A stretch of 64,000 nt of DNA from an uncultured Lachnospiraceae bacterium (GCA_945864145.1 CAMBAN010000001.1:10175-74174), one strand, 5' to 3'. Shown: positions 48,293-58,831, counted from the stretch's first letter. Notes: generated by a model from the letters alone, not told the origin. Translations and numbers: made by a program.

Positions 48293-50596
48293 ATGGCTAA
48301 TAAAACAGTGAAAAAAGAAAAAAATCCTTCGAAGTCAAAAGAGAGGGGATTGTTTAGATCAAAGGACCGGAGAGTAAAAAAAGATTTAAAAAGAAAAAAG
48401 AAACTCTTAGATAACAAAGAGGAAGACGAGGAGAAAGAGATTATATTTTCGGGTGGGGAAGAACACACAGATGAAGAAATGGAGCTTTTCTTTGAATCAA
48501 GGAAAACTGTAAAAGAACTGGTATCCCCTCTTGGCGTGAATCCGAATCCGTTGGATCATATGGTAGTTGATGATAATGGAGTGGAACTGTATACGATGTG
48601 TTTTTATGTTGATAAGCTTCCCCGAGGTTCTCAGTTTGCATCGACATATGCATCCATGTTTAATTTTCCAGGTGTAACATCTACGGTATTCATTGAGCCA
48701 CTTGTAGATGGTGCTTCTCAAAAGCAATTGGACAAGCGCATCAATCAGCTGGATGCAGAGTCTATTGCGGCAGAAAAAGAAGGAGACAGAAACCGGTACC
48801 GTAAGGTAAATAACAAGATGGCCGATGCAGAACAGTATGCCATGGACGTTGAAACAGGCGATAACCGGTTATTTAAGGTTGCTTTTCTTTATGTTCTGCA
48901 GGCTACCACGCTTGATAAACTAAGACGTATCGTGAGTGATTTTCATATGGTTGCCCGTGAAAAGACAGTAGAATGTTGTGCGTGCTATTCGCTGCACCCA
49001 GAGGCTTTTTTAAGCGGGTACCCTACCAACCGGGTATATGTCGGTAAAAAGGGACTGATAAGTGAAACTCCTGTGAAATGGCATTATTTCGATAAAAATG
49101 CCCTTGTTGATATCTTTAATCATACACGTAGTGGATTTTCGCATAAAAATGGCATATTTGCGGGGCATGTATTAAATACAGGGCAGCCAGTATTATACGA
49201 TGTATACGACAGTTCTCATAGTGGATACGGAGTGATTTTTTCCGGAAAAACAGGAACAGGAAAAAGTGCAACGATTAAAATGTGGTCTACTCGATACATT
49301 GACTTCGGTTATAAAATTCGTTCTATCGATTTTGATGCACGAGGAACCGGTGGAGAGTATTCTATCATGGCAGAAGCTGTTGGTGGGATAAATTACCAGC
49401 TCAAACCGGATTCAAAGAACATTTTAAATCTGTTTGAAGTGGATGTGACAGATGAATTCGATGAAATGACACAGACAGAATATAAGGTATTGGATCTTGC
49501 AACAAAGAAATCCAATCTGCTTCGTCTGATAATGACCATGATCAAGGATGGACGTGAAATTGAACAGTTTGCACAGGAAACATTTATCAAAAGGATTGTT
49601 CTTGATGCCATAACCGAATGTTATAACGATCGTGGAATTTACCATGGGAAGATTGAAAGTATTTATGAAAAGGCAAAATATGTTGTAAATGGAGCACTTT
49701 CATCAGGAATGGTTAAAAAGCAACTTCCGACGATTACAGATTTTTATAAGAAAATTCTTATATGGGAAAAAGAAAATACAAATGATTTTTATAACGAACC
49801 TTATAGAATCATCCTCGATTCGATGAAGGAATATGTAAGAGAACTGTATTATTGTCCTTCGTGTATTCACTTTTATACCAGGGAAGAATTTGAGTCCCTA
49901 AAAAAAGATTTTGAAGGCTCATGTACAGACTGCTCTACAAAAATTGTTGAGATACATGGAACAAAACCATATTTTGATGGGCAGTCTACTGTTCAGGCAT
50001 CTCTTGATACTCCACATATCAATTTTGATATTTCGCAGATTCCGGAAGAGGAACGAAGTGTTGCTCTTCTTGTGTGCATGGACTTTATGCAGGAAAACTT
50101 TATTAAGAAAAATTCTGCTGATCCACGAAAAACTCAAAAAATGATTATGTTAATTGATGAGATTCATCGAGGATTCCGATATCCTGAGGCAAGACAGTTT
50201 ATTGACGATGCATATCGTACATATCGTAAACGTCATGTTTCACCTTGGGCTGCCACACAGGCACTTAAAGATTTTGATGGATATAAAGAAACGCAGAGTA
50301 TTGTTAAACAGGCTACTACCATTATTCTTTTGAAACAGGATTTTCAGGATAAAGAGTATCTTGCAAAAGCGACACCTCTTACGACAAGTCAAATAGATAT
50401 GGTATGCGAACTTGGAGGTGATCTTGACAATGAAGAAGATCAAAAGGAAAGAAAAGGTGAAGTATGTTTGATCGATAATCAGTCGAAAGTTGCATTCATA
50501 AAAATTGATTATTTGACGGACTCTGAATCTCGTATCGTTGAAACAGATATGGAAAAAGTCCGGATGATGTATAAAGGCAGCAGCAACGTAGCGTAA
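48293..50596 (+). CDS. virB4: VirB4-family conjugation ATPase
   Basis: Walker A GKTGTGKSAT, LPTITDFY, YFDGQST, Walker B LIDEIH, RKRHVSPWAATQ. Confidence 0.92.
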   Translation: MANKTVKKEKNPSKSKERGLFRSKDRRVKKDLKRKKKLLDNKEEDEEKEIIFSGGEEHTDEEMELFFESRKTVKELVSPLGVNPNPLDHMVVDDNGVELYTMCFYVDKLPRGSQFASTYASMFNFPGVTSTVFIEPLVDGASQKQLDKRINQLDAESIAAEKEGDRNRYRKVNNKMADAEQYAMDVETGDNRLFKVAFLYVLQATTLDKLRRIVSDFHMVAREKTVECCACYSLHPEAFLSGYPTNRVYVGKKGLISETPVKWHYFDKNALVDIFNHTRSGFSHKNGIFAGHVLNTGQPVLYDVYDSSHSGYGVIFSGKTGTGKSATIKMWSTRYIDFGYKIRSIDFDARGTGGEYSIMAEAVGGINYQLKPDSKNILNLFEVDVTDEFDEMTQTEYKVLDLATKKSNLLRLIMTMIKDGREIEQFAQETFIKRIVLDAITECYNDRGIYHGKIESIYEKAKYVVNGALSSGMVKKQLPTITDFYKKILIWEKENTNDFYNEPYRIILDSMKEYVRELYYCPSCIHFYTREEFESLKKDFEGSCTDCSTKIVEIHGTKPYFDGQSTVQASLDTPHINFDISQIPEEERSVALLVCMDFMQENFIKKNSADPRKTQKMIMLIDEIHRGFRYPEARQFIDDAYRTYRKRHVSPWAATQALKDFDGYKETQSIVKQATTIILLKQDFQDKEYLAKATPLTTSQIDMVCELGGDLDNEEDQKERKGEVCLIDNQSKVAFIKIDYLTDSESRIVETDMEKVRMMYKGSSNVA

Positions 50597-50607
50597 GGAG
50601 AAATATC

Positions 50608-53088
50608 ATGAGAAAAGGATTAAAAAACAAATTACGCATGACGATAACGATGTTATTGATGACATCGATTCTTGCTGTTCCTGTATTTTCTGCTTATGCA
50701 TCGTATTCGGCACCTACAAAGGATGGATTAGTAAACATACCAACTTCGTCTGATAATAAGAAAACCCTTGATCAATTGATCACGGGGGATAAAACAACGG
50801 ATTATGATAAGGCTAATTGGGTTGATTATCTAAATAAGCATACTGGTGTTGATTTGAATAATGCCCAAAAGAGAAATGATAAAAAGAAAAAAGAGGATAA
50901 AGAATCAGTATCAGATGGGGCATCAAAGGGAAGCTGGACAAATGGACTGGATAATAGCATATACGACGGCGATGCACAGAAAATAAAAAAAGATAAAGAT
51001 GAGGACAAAGATCCTGGTGTTGTTGAAGGGCTTCTGATTGCTTTTTTTAAATCAATAGGCGATTGGGGATACAAATTTTTCAATAATATTCATATGACTT
51101 TGGATACTGTTATTTTAGGGCGAGTAGGTGGTCATGGAATTGCAATGAATGGGTATAATGTGGCGCTGTTCACCTTTGAACTAAGACCAGGGAATCCATA
51201 TGGTGTGGTTGCAGCAGCTGCATATACAACTATGAGAAATATAATATATATTCTGATTTTGGTCATAGTTATGGGAAAACTTGCTGCCGCTACATATGCA
51301 GGAGGGTCACAGCGCGCAATTCAGGCATTAAAGGACTCTATCGGATCTTTTGCACTTGCGGTTGTTATGTTGACGGCAATGCCGTATTTTGTAGATGTCT
51401 TTTTGTATATCCGGGATGTTGGTTTATATGCGACAGCTGTTTCCTTGGGAAAAGATGTCTTAAATATGGATATTAGTTCATTAAGTCTCATTGATATGTT
51501 TAAAGAAAATGCAGAACAAAGCTTTATGAATACGGCAATGTATGTAGGGACATTACTTCTGAACCTTTATTTTGGATTGCAGTATGTAGGATTGGCTCTT
51601 TCTTATGTTGTGTATTTCTTTGCATTCCCATTTGTTTGCATGAACATGCAGTTTGACAAAAAAGCTCTTGGTGAGTGGTGGAAATCGCTTCTTTTTTCCA
51701 TGGTTATTCCTATCTCGGATATTATGCTTTTGTTTATTCCGCTTGCATTTGGTCATCTGGGATCTTCGCAGGCGGTGCATGTTTTGCAGCTAATTATTTG
51801 CTCCATGCTTATTCCGACAAGAATGCAATTGCGTGGGGCAATGGGAATCCATACTAATATGGGTATGGAAATGGCAGGTATTGCAACTATGATGGGTGCA
51901 ATGAGTTTTGCGCGAAGTGCCATTGGTGGAACAGCACGGTTGGCAGCTGGAATTGGCGGAGGAATTGCCGGAGGAATGAGGGATCGCTCCATGGCTAAAA
52001 TGAATCAGGAACAGGCTGCCAGAAATGAGAATCAGAAGGTGACAGCATGGAATCAATATAAGCAGCAAAACGGCTATGGGGTACAACCCAGTGCAGACGG
52101 AAGAGGGACAATTCCTGGGGAAAAGGAAATGCCTGGTGTAAATTCTTATGCTGAGGGAGTGAGAAAACTTTCAGAAATGTATGGAGTACCTCCAGAAACA
52201 TTTGGAAAAGATGCAGCTAACGCAGTATACGAAGATGGTGTTGGAGGGTCTGGCAGATTTGGAGGATCTGGTTATGGCGTAACACAGTCTGGTGTAGATC
52301 AGGATCTTCTTGAAAAATACGCAAACACATCTAATTTTGAGAGTCCTGAATTTAAAAACCTTTCTCCGGCAAAAAAAGCAGAGCTTTACAGAAAGCGTTC
52401 ATTTCAGCAATTTGGTGGAGCAGCTGGTAAGGCATTGCTTGGTGCAGGAGGCATGGTTGGTGGAGCGGCGGTTGCCGGAATGGCAACGACATTTTTTTCA
52501 CCGGCTACGAAACTACAGGCGATGGGCATCGGAATGGATGCAGGTGGGTCATTTGGTGGCGCAGTCGGTGGTCTTGCAGGATCAGCCTTGGGTGGTAAAC
52601 TTGCAGATAAAATACCAGGTGCCAGAACAGAAGGTTTTGGTGGCAAGGATGTAGATCGTTTAGCACAACAGGAAATGCAAAATTATCGAAAGGAATGGGC
52701 ACAGTCCATGTATCAGGCTACCATGTCAGGTATAAATGAAGAAGAGATTAATGCCATGAATTTACAACAGTTCCAGCAATATATGACAAGTGACCAGAAT
52801 TCAGACATGGAAAAATATATGGATGGTGTATATAATTCTGTCAAAGAGATGGATGCTTCACCAAAGGAAATGAAGGAAGAAATGTCACGTTATTGTGTTA
52901 AGCATGCAATGGAGTTATCACAGCCATATCTTGACAAAAATGTAAATGTAAAGAGTGAAAATATGGATCCTAAGATTTTAAATGAATTGAGGGAAAGAAA
53001 TAATACTGCATTACATAATTATTATGATAAAAATTTTGCGCCTGATGTCCTCACAAGCAAATATGGTGGGAAATATAAATTCGATTGA
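50608..53088 (+). CDS. VirB6/TrbL-like polytopic membrane protein with Gly-rich tail
   Basis: Signal peptide, several TM helices, Gly/Ala-rich C-terminal region; follows virB4. Confidence 0.65.
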   Translation: MRKGLKNKLRMTITMLLMTSILAVPVFSAYASYSAPTKDGLVNIPTSSDNKKTLDQLITGDKTTDYDKANWVDYLNKHTGVDLNNAQKRNDKKKKEDKESVSDGASKGSWTNGLDNSIYDGDAQKIKKDKDEDKDPGVVEGLLIAFFKSIGDWGYKFFNNIHMTLDTVILGRVGGHGIAMNGYNVALFTFELRPGNPYGVVAAAAYTTMRNIIYILILVIVMGKLAAATYAGGSQRAIQALKDSIGSFALAVVMLTAMPYFVDVFLYIRDVGLYATAVSLGKDVLNMDISSLSLIDMFKENAEQSFMNTAMYVGTLLLNLYFGLQYVGLALSYVVYFFAFPFVCMNMQFDKKALGEWWKSLLFSMVIPISDIMLLFIPLAFGHLGSSQAVHVLQLIICSMLIPTRMQLRGAMGIHTNMGMEMAGIATMMGAMSFARSAIGGTARLAAGIGGGIAGGMRDRSMAKMNQEQAARNENQKVTAWNQYKQQNGYGVQPSADGRGTIPGEKEMPGVNSYAEGVRKLSEMYGVPPETFGKDAANAVYEDGVGGSGRFGGSGYGVTQSGVDQDLLEKYANTSNFESPEFKNLSPAKKAELYRKRSFQQFGGAAGKALLGAGGMVGGAAVAGMATTFFSPATKLQAMGIGMDAGGSFGGAVGGLAGSALGGKLADKIPGARTEGFGGKDVDRLAQQEMQNYRKEWAQSMYQATMSGINEEEINAMNLQQFQQYMTSDQNSDMEKYMDGVYNSVKEMDASPKEMKEEMSRYCVKHAMELSQPYLDKNVNVKSENMDPKILNELRERNNTALHNYYDKNFAPDVLTSKYGGKYKFD

Positions 53089-53118
53089 ATGTTTTAGCAT
53101 AGTGAACAATTTTATTTT

Positions 53119-53156
53119 ATGGTGGTTGGTTTTATTATCAACCACCATTTCTTTTT
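53119..53156. terminator. Terminator between convergent genes
   Basis: ATGGTGGTTG...CAACCACCAT-TTCTTTTT. Confidence 0.75.
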
Positions 53157-53227
53157 ATAATAAATTTTACCATAAATGATTTACTATATGTGCTAAGAGG
53201 TCTCCAACATCGTAGTTGCGGGGCATT

Positions 53228-53842
53228 TTAATCTAAGGCAGGATCATATTTGAAATATCCGGTATCAAACAAATCCTTGACAGGGTGACGGTCACTACCG
53301 TATTGATGTCCGACCCTGGCGATCACTATTTTCCCTACAAGCTCTTGCGCATCAGAAAGAGTCAGCTCCGGGATAGGATCTGTATACAGTGAGCCGCAGG
53401 GATCAGCAAGAAGAAGCCTTGGACCAGCTGGATCAGGGAAGGCAACTTCTACAGATGAAAGGTATTGCCCATATGCAAAATCAGCAGGTTTGCTGCGAAA
53501 AGGGTTGTTTATTTGAGAGAGTGCTAACTGATCCATAAATTCCTTAGTCATTACTGATCGTGTTAACTCAGATGCGATTTCCCTATGAACGAAAAAGAAT
53601 GTATCTTTCCAGTTGTTATAATCGGTGATTTTCTCGTCTTCCAGCTTATCATCATACACATAATGTCTGGAATAGATACTCCCTGATGGAAATTTTGTTC
53701 CATTCGTGCGGGCAAAGTGATCGTTTGCCGCAATTTTGTGTATTAGGTAATCTCTTTTTTGGCGCAAATCGTATAATTCGTTGCGTAAACTGGAAATTTC
53801 TTCTTGCTGTTCTTTAGTGTAATTCGTTGATAATGGACTCAT
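53228..53842 (-). CDS. Hypothetical protein on the minus strand
   Basis: 204 aa; SD AAGGAG on the minus strand; N-terminal coiled coil. Confidence 0.7.
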   Translation of the reverse strand: MSPLSTNYTKEQQEEISSLRNELYDLRQKRDYLIHKIAANDHFARTNGTKFPSGSIYSRHYVYDDKLEDEKITDYNNWKDTFFFVHREIASELTRSVMTKEFMDQLALSQINNPFRSKPADFAYGQYLSSVEVAFPDPAGPRLLLADPCGSLYTDPIPELTLSDAQELVGKIVIARVGHQYGSDRHPVKDLFDTGYFKYDPALD

Positions 53843-53945
53843 AATATCTCCTTAAGAAAGAGTTTCTTCTATATAAATGTATATCATATATTGAGGGTGA
53901 TCTACAAGAGATATGAATCAATTTGCAAGGATTTTCTTTTGGTGC

Positions 53946-53976
53946 TTGACTTTTTCTATGGGTTTATGTCTAATCT
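53946..53976 (+). promoter_or_regulatory. 19-bp-spacer promoter, copy 5
   Basis: TTGACT-TTTTCTATGGGTTTATGTC-TAATCT. Confidence 0.65.
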
Positions 53977-54015
53977 ATGTGCAAAAGATGAACTTTTAAT
54001 TTGACAGGAGGAAAT

Positions 54016-56079
54016 ATGAAGCTATTATTAGGCGTATATGGGATGCAGGAAGCAGATGCCCGTGAATTTGTCAAAATGGCTAATGAAATGGGTGCGGATA
54101 TAAAATCTTATGCGCTCCGGATAGGTAAAATCGCAGTAGAGCGTTATTTGCAGGAGAACACAGATACTTCTGTTGTAATTGTTTCAGAGGCACTGGAAGC
54201 AAAAAGTCCTTATGAGGTTGGAGATTTTGAAAGAATCATTGATATTAAAAATGATCTTACAATAATTCCAATTTTAAACAATGAAACAGAGGGTACGGAA
54301 AAAATACTTGGGATTTTTAACCTTGGTATATACAATGCAATATATGCAAAGGATGCCATGGGTGAAAATGTTGCCCGGTTAATCGTTGATCCACGTAGCC
54401 GTAAATTGGCCAAGTCGTATTATCGCATCAAGGATGCCATGGAAAATACAAATGGAGCCAATATAGAGCAATGTGTAGAATATATTCTATCAGGAGAAAA
54501 AGATGAACTACCGGAGAGAGCTGTATACATAAAAGAACGTGTAAGCAAAACAGATTTCCTTACTATTAAATCAATGCTTCCGTATGAAATACAGGAGGTT
54601 ATTGATCAGAGTATACCTTTGAACCGAGGTGTTCTTTCGGAGGCATCTGATTTTCCAAAAAATGAAGAAAAAGACATAGAAAATGATAACAACATCAGTG
54701 GAAAAAATGAGGAAAGAAAGGAAGAGGTAGGAAGCAGATTTTCCGCAATTGAATCTTTAATGAAGAAAACTCAAGGGAAAATAGCTGGAATAGTTAAAAA
54801 GCAGGATATTGATGAGCCGGAAGAGGATAAAGAAGAAGCAGAACCAGAATATAGTGGCTCGAAGAACATTTCAATATCGACAGGGGTTGATTTATCAGAT
54901 GTTCTTTCCAATGTACAAATAGCTTTTGTTGGCGTACAGAAGAGATGCGGGGTTACGCATCAGGCGATTATAGCAGCAGAGTATCTGGCTGCATATGGTT
55001 ATCGGGTTGCCTTTGTAGACTGTTCTCAAACAAAAGGTAAGTCATTAAATGCAATTGCAAAATATCAGAGTGTTAAGTGGAAAGAAAATTTCTTTTCTTA
55101 TTGCAATGTAGATTATTATCCGGATGCAATATCAAGAGTACAGGATATACTCACACCTCATGAGTATCATTTTGTGGTAATGGATTTTGGACCTTATGCT
55201 GGAAATATAAAAGATATGATTGAACAATGCCAGAAAAGATTTGTGGTTGCGGGTTCAGCTCCGTGGGAGCAGGGACAGTTGCAATCATTTATGAAGGAGG
55301 TTTCAAAACTCGATGCTGATTTTGTATACCTTATCAGAGGGGTGTCCGATAGAGAAAGAAGTGATCCTAAGTGGGAAAATTTAGGTAGTGCATGTAAATT
55401 CGCAGAAAACCAGGACAATCCATTTTCGGGAGAATGTTATGAAAGTTTAAAAAATGAACTTTCTGTTTATACAACTGGAAAAAGCCAAAAGAAGGAGAAA
55501 AAGCAAAATAGGAAAAGGGTTGACGATAACTCTGGAAGAGAAAGAAAGAATCATATAGGTACTGCTACAGTTTTTGTTACATCTTTAAAACATGGATGTG
55601 GATGCTCGCATTTTTCATCCGGTATTGCAAATTATCTGAACATGGAAGGATATGATTCATGTGTGATTACACAATCTCCAGATGCAATTGAGTCAGAAGT
55701 TGATGAAGGAATAGAACTGGTTCGAATTAAAAGCGACTATGAAAGCTCTTATGGAAGAAATCAGTATGTGATCATTGATGGGGGAATATATTCTGATTTG
55801 AAATCTGAGAAGATAGCGGATCTTAAGCGTGCGCAGTATAAGGTTATGATGTGCTGGGGTGACGATGAGTATCTGAGACTGCTCGCTACTTTTGTGAAAA
55901 ATTTATCGAATGAAGAAACGGCAGAGTGGATTTTTGTATTTAATAATGTTACTGGACGAAAAATCAGAGATCTGAAAAATTTAATGAATGGAATGTTTTC
56001 CTGTTATCTTCCTATGTACGATACATTGGAAATGCCACGCGAAGTAAGGAAAATAATGAAAGAAATACTTTTACTGTAA
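54016..56079 (+). CDS. CpaE-like protein: receiver-like N-domain + two ParA/MinD-like domains
   Basis: IAFVGVQKRCGVTH, VAFVD, VVMDFG; second copy VFVTSLKHGCGCSH, VIIDGG. Confidence 0.6.
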   Translation: MKLLLGVYGMQEADAREFVKMANEMGADIKSYALRIGKIAVERYLQENTDTSVVIVSEALEAKSPYEVGDFERIIDIKNDLTIIPILNNETEGTEKILGIFNLGIYNAIYAKDAMGENVARLIVDPRSRKLAKSYYRIKDAMENTNGANIEQCVEYILSGEKDELPERAVYIKERVSKTDFLTIKSMLPYEIQEVIDQSIPLNRGVLSEASDFPKNEEKDIENDNNISGKNEERKEEVGSRFSAIESLMKKTQGKIAGIVKKQDIDEPEEDKEEAEPEYSGSKNISISTGVDLSDVLSNVQIAFVGVQKRCGVTHQAIIAAEYLAAYGYRVAFVDCSQTKGKSLNAIAKYQSVKWKENFFSYCNVDYYPDAISRVQDILTPHEYHFVVMDFGPYAGNIKDMIEQCQKRFVVAGSAPWEQGQLQSFMKEVSKLDADFVYLIRGVSDRERSDPKWENLGSACKFAENQDNPFSGECYESLKNELSVYTTGKSQKKEKKQNRKRVDDNSGRERKNHIGTATVFVTSLKHGCGCSHFSSGIANYLNMEGYDSCVITQSPDAIESEVDEGIELVRIKSDYESSYGRNQYVIIDGGIYSDLKSEKIADLKRAQYKVMMCWGDDEYLRLLATFVKNLSNEETAEWIFVFNNVTGRKIRDLKNLMNGMFSCYLPMYDTLEMPREVRKIMKEILLL

Positions 56080-56162
56080 AAATGCAAAAAAGTCAGATGT
56101 GATTTTATATAAAATAAATGGTATAAAATTAGTAGTTTCTTTTTTTGTGAAAATTTTGACAG

Positions 56163-56885
56163 ATGGGAGGAATGACCTTGATAAAGCACGAAAAAGAAAG
56201 AAAGATAAAAAGCCAACAGGCGATTGCCTTTTGGGGGGACAGGGCAGATGTATACTGTCGATTTGCTTCTGCAATGTTGTCAAGGGAGAAGGTTTTAGTT
56301 GTTGATTTGTCAAACAGTTCATCGCTTATTATAGGAGTATATGGGGAATGCGGGGAAAATGAGAAGGAAAATATGCACGAGGTTACATTTACCAAGAATG
56401 TGGATTTCTTCGTAGAAAATATGGATAAATATAAGACCGTTATTATTTTTGATGATTTCTGCGATAAAAATAATTCACTTTGCAACTACATGAAATATGC
56501 TAATTATCTTAATGAGGTATATATGTGTTTTAACTCTACAAGATCTTCCATGACAAAGCTTGCAACTATGTATGAGTGTATTGGGCAATCACCTGCGGGG
56601 ACATATAACTATGTCTATGACGGAACAGGAAGGGAAGCAAGAATTTGGGGCGTTAGTGAATATTGGAGATATATTGGTGAAAAACTTAAAAATCCGCAAA
56701 AAGTATATATTGTGCCACAAAATGAAGGGGATTTTGTGGAATTTTTAAAACTTGACTATGGAACTTTCCAGATGAAATCTTTATCGGTTGGTTTTAAGGG
56801 AATGCTTTTGGATATTCTTAATAATTCCACTCTTGGGGAAAGTGAAAAAGAGGATGTCGAAAATAAGGCATTATTTTGCCTGTAA
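56163..56885 (+). CDS. Degenerate ParA/MinD-like protein
   Basis: IAFWG and KVLVVDLS; same pattern as 2895-3614. Confidence 0.45.
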   Translation: MGGMTLIKHEKERKIKSQQAIAFWGDRADVYCRFASAMLSREKVLVVDLSNSSSLIIGVYGECGENEKENMHEVTFTKNVDFFVENMDKYKTVIIFDDFCDKNNSLCNYMKYANYLNEVYMCFNSTRSSMTKLATMYECIGQSPAGTYNYVYDGTGREARIWGVSEYWRYIGEKLKNPQKVYIVPQNEGDFVEFLKLDYGTFQMKSLSVGFKGMLLDILNNSTLGESEKEDVENKALFCL

Positions 56886-56910
56886 ATGCAAAAAAGTATA
56901 CATTAGATAA

Positions 56911-57384
56911 ATGGCACATATATGTTGTGCAAGGAGGAACGTTTTGGATAAAAATGATGAAATAATAATATGTGATAAAAAAAGAATGTCTGCGGCCAGG
57001 TTCGTGGGAATACACGGAGATCGTGCTGTTTCAAATTCTATGAAGTCGTATTATGATAAACCAGTACCGGAAATTGGTAAAATATATCTCATAAATGAGA
57101 CAAATGAAATTGGTGAGCAGGGAAGTCCAGGACGTCCGGAAAGGCTAATATGCCGGCCAAAACAATATTCGGGATATAAGGGATGTTTCCTTTTATGCGA
57201 ATATTTCACTGCGCCTGACAGACCATGGCACCGTTCCTTCTTAGTGGAAGACTTTCGGAAAGGACTTATTCGTATACAGGAATTAAAAGATTATATATAT
57301 GTCAATTTTATGAATGGTCCATATTCGTGGACGGATCTTGATATAGATCACCCGCATCCAGATATAAAAAAATTATATAAATGA
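56911..57384 (+). CDS. Hypothetical protein (start may be TTG near 56944)
   Basis: SD AAGGAGG at about 56931. Confidence 0.6.
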   Translation: MAHICCARRNVLDKNDEIIICDKKRMSAARFVGIHGDRAVSNSMKSYYDKPVPEIGKIYLINETNEIGEQGSPGRPERLICRPKQYSGYKGCFLLCEYFTAPDRPWHRSFLVEDFRKGLIRIQELKDYIYVNFMNGPYSWTDLDIDHPHPDIKKLYK

Positions 57385-57391
57385 GGAATAT

Positions 57392-57426
57392 ATGCAGCTG
57401 CCGGCAAGACAGCTGCATTTTATTTT
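57392..57426 (+). terminator. Intrinsic terminator
   Basis: ATGCAGCTG...CAGCTGCAT-TTTATTTT. Confidence 0.75.
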
Positions 57427-57547
57427 ATGAATAAAATTTGAAGTTGTTCCGCTATTTTCCTTTTCTTTGGGAACAAAATGTGTTATTTTTCTTTCATACC
57501 AATTCTAAATAATCAGGACAAAACCAAAAGGTTAGGAGAGACCAGAT

Positions 57548-58831
57548 ATGAGAAATAGAGAAGAAAAAAATATATGCTGCATCTGTGGAGATCAGAAAGA
57601 TGATTTCGATCTCATTACTTTTGATCAAGGGAAAAAGATATGTACTACCTGCGGCAGAAAGTTGAATATGATTTTTGATGGGGAAAAATGGGATAATACT
57701 GGCGAAATTAAAAAATCTGATGAGGAAAAAAGTTTTTTTTCAAATGACTTTATTGGATCGGGTGAAAATAGGAAGAGACGCTTGTATCCCAAAGAAATCA
57801 AAAGACAGCTCGATAGATATGTGGTAGGACAGGAACAGGCGAAGGAACTGTTAGCTGTGGCAAGCTATAACCATTATAAAAGGATAAATCTAAATGATCC
57901 GGACATTCAAAAATCGAATATTTTATTGATGGGACAGACGGGATGTGGAAAAACACATTTAGTGAGAACACTTGCTAGAATTTTGGATGTTCCAGTGACT
58001 ATTGTGCCAGCCACGAGACTCACAGAAGCGGGCTATTTTGGTGATGATGTGGAAAGCTGCATCCAAAGCCTTCTTATGGAAGCGGGGAATGACGTTGAAA
58101 AAGCAGAGTCGGGTATTGTTTTTATCGATGAAATTGATAAACTGACAAGCTCATCTACAGAAACACAGCGTGTTGTAGGTGGGAAAGGGGTTCAACAGGC
58201 GTTGCTCCCTCTTATTGAAGGCTGTAAGGTGGAAATCACGACAACACCAAAAAGCGTAGGAGTGGCAACATTTACTAATTCTACAAAAATAGTGAATACA
58301 TCTAATATTTTATTCATATGCGGAGGTGCGTTCCCTGATCTTGAGGAGATCATTAAAGAACGTCTAGGCGAAAAAAATAAGAACATTGGTTTTTTGAAGG
58401 ATTCTGAGGATTCAGAAGATGTATGTGAAAATCCTTTAAAATATGTAGAAACACGGGATTTGGAGAAATTTGGTCTTATCCCGGAACTTTTGGGAAGGCT
58501 TCCGGTTAAAGCGGTATTGGATTCTCTTACAACGGATGTATTAAAAAGGATTCTTGTAGAACCACAGGGATCACTCGTGTCCCAGTACAGAAAATTGTTT
58601 GCTTTTGATGGGATCGATCTGCTTTTTGAAGATGAAGCATTGGATTATATAGCTCAACTTGCTTATAAGGAAAAGACAGGGGCACGATCTCTTAGAACGA
58701 TTATGGAAAAATGTCTTAATCGTCTGATGTATGAAAGCCCAGGAAACACAAACATAAAAACACTCACAATATCGAAAGAGTTTCTTTTAAATCAACAGAA
58801 TCTCCTTATAAAAAAACATGTGTTTGGTTAA
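57548..58831 (+). CDS. clpX: ClpX-family AAA+ unfoldase
   Basis: N-terminal C4 Zn domain, LDRYVVGQEQAK, KSNILLMGQTGCGKT, TEAGYFGDDVE, FIDEIDK, GVQQALL, IGF loop, GLIPELLGRLP, TGARSLR. Confidence 0.95.
   Translation: MRNREEKNICCICGDQKDDFDLITFDQGKKICTTCGRKLNMIFDGEKWDNTGEIKKSDEEKSFFSNDFIGSGENRKRRLYPKEIKRQLDRYVVGQEQAKELLAVASYNHYKRINLNDPDIQKSNILLMGQTGCGKTHLVRTLARILDVPVTIVPATRLTEAGYFGDDVESCIQSLLMEAGNDVEKAESGIVFIDEIDKLTSSSTETQRVVGGKGVQQALLPLIEGCKVEITTTPKSVGVATFTNSTKIVNTSNILFICGGAFPDLEEIIKERLGEKNKNIGFLKDSEDSEDVCENPLKYVETRDLEKFGLIPELLGRLPVKAVLDSLTTDVLKRILVEPQGSLVSQYRKLFAFDGIDLLFEDEALDYIAQLAYKEKTGARSLRTIMEKCLNRLMYESPGNTNIKTLTISKEFLLNQQNLLIKKHVFG

Noticed and set aside
56156-56186. TTGACA as an eighth 19-bp-spacer promoter
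   Set aside because: No GTTT at the conserved position and no -10 match.
27649-58831. dnaX/holB/dnaN/clpX as evidence of chromosomal DNA
   Set aside because: They are divergent, lack their usual neighbours (recR, tmk, dnaA, clpP/tig) and sit among plasmid genes.
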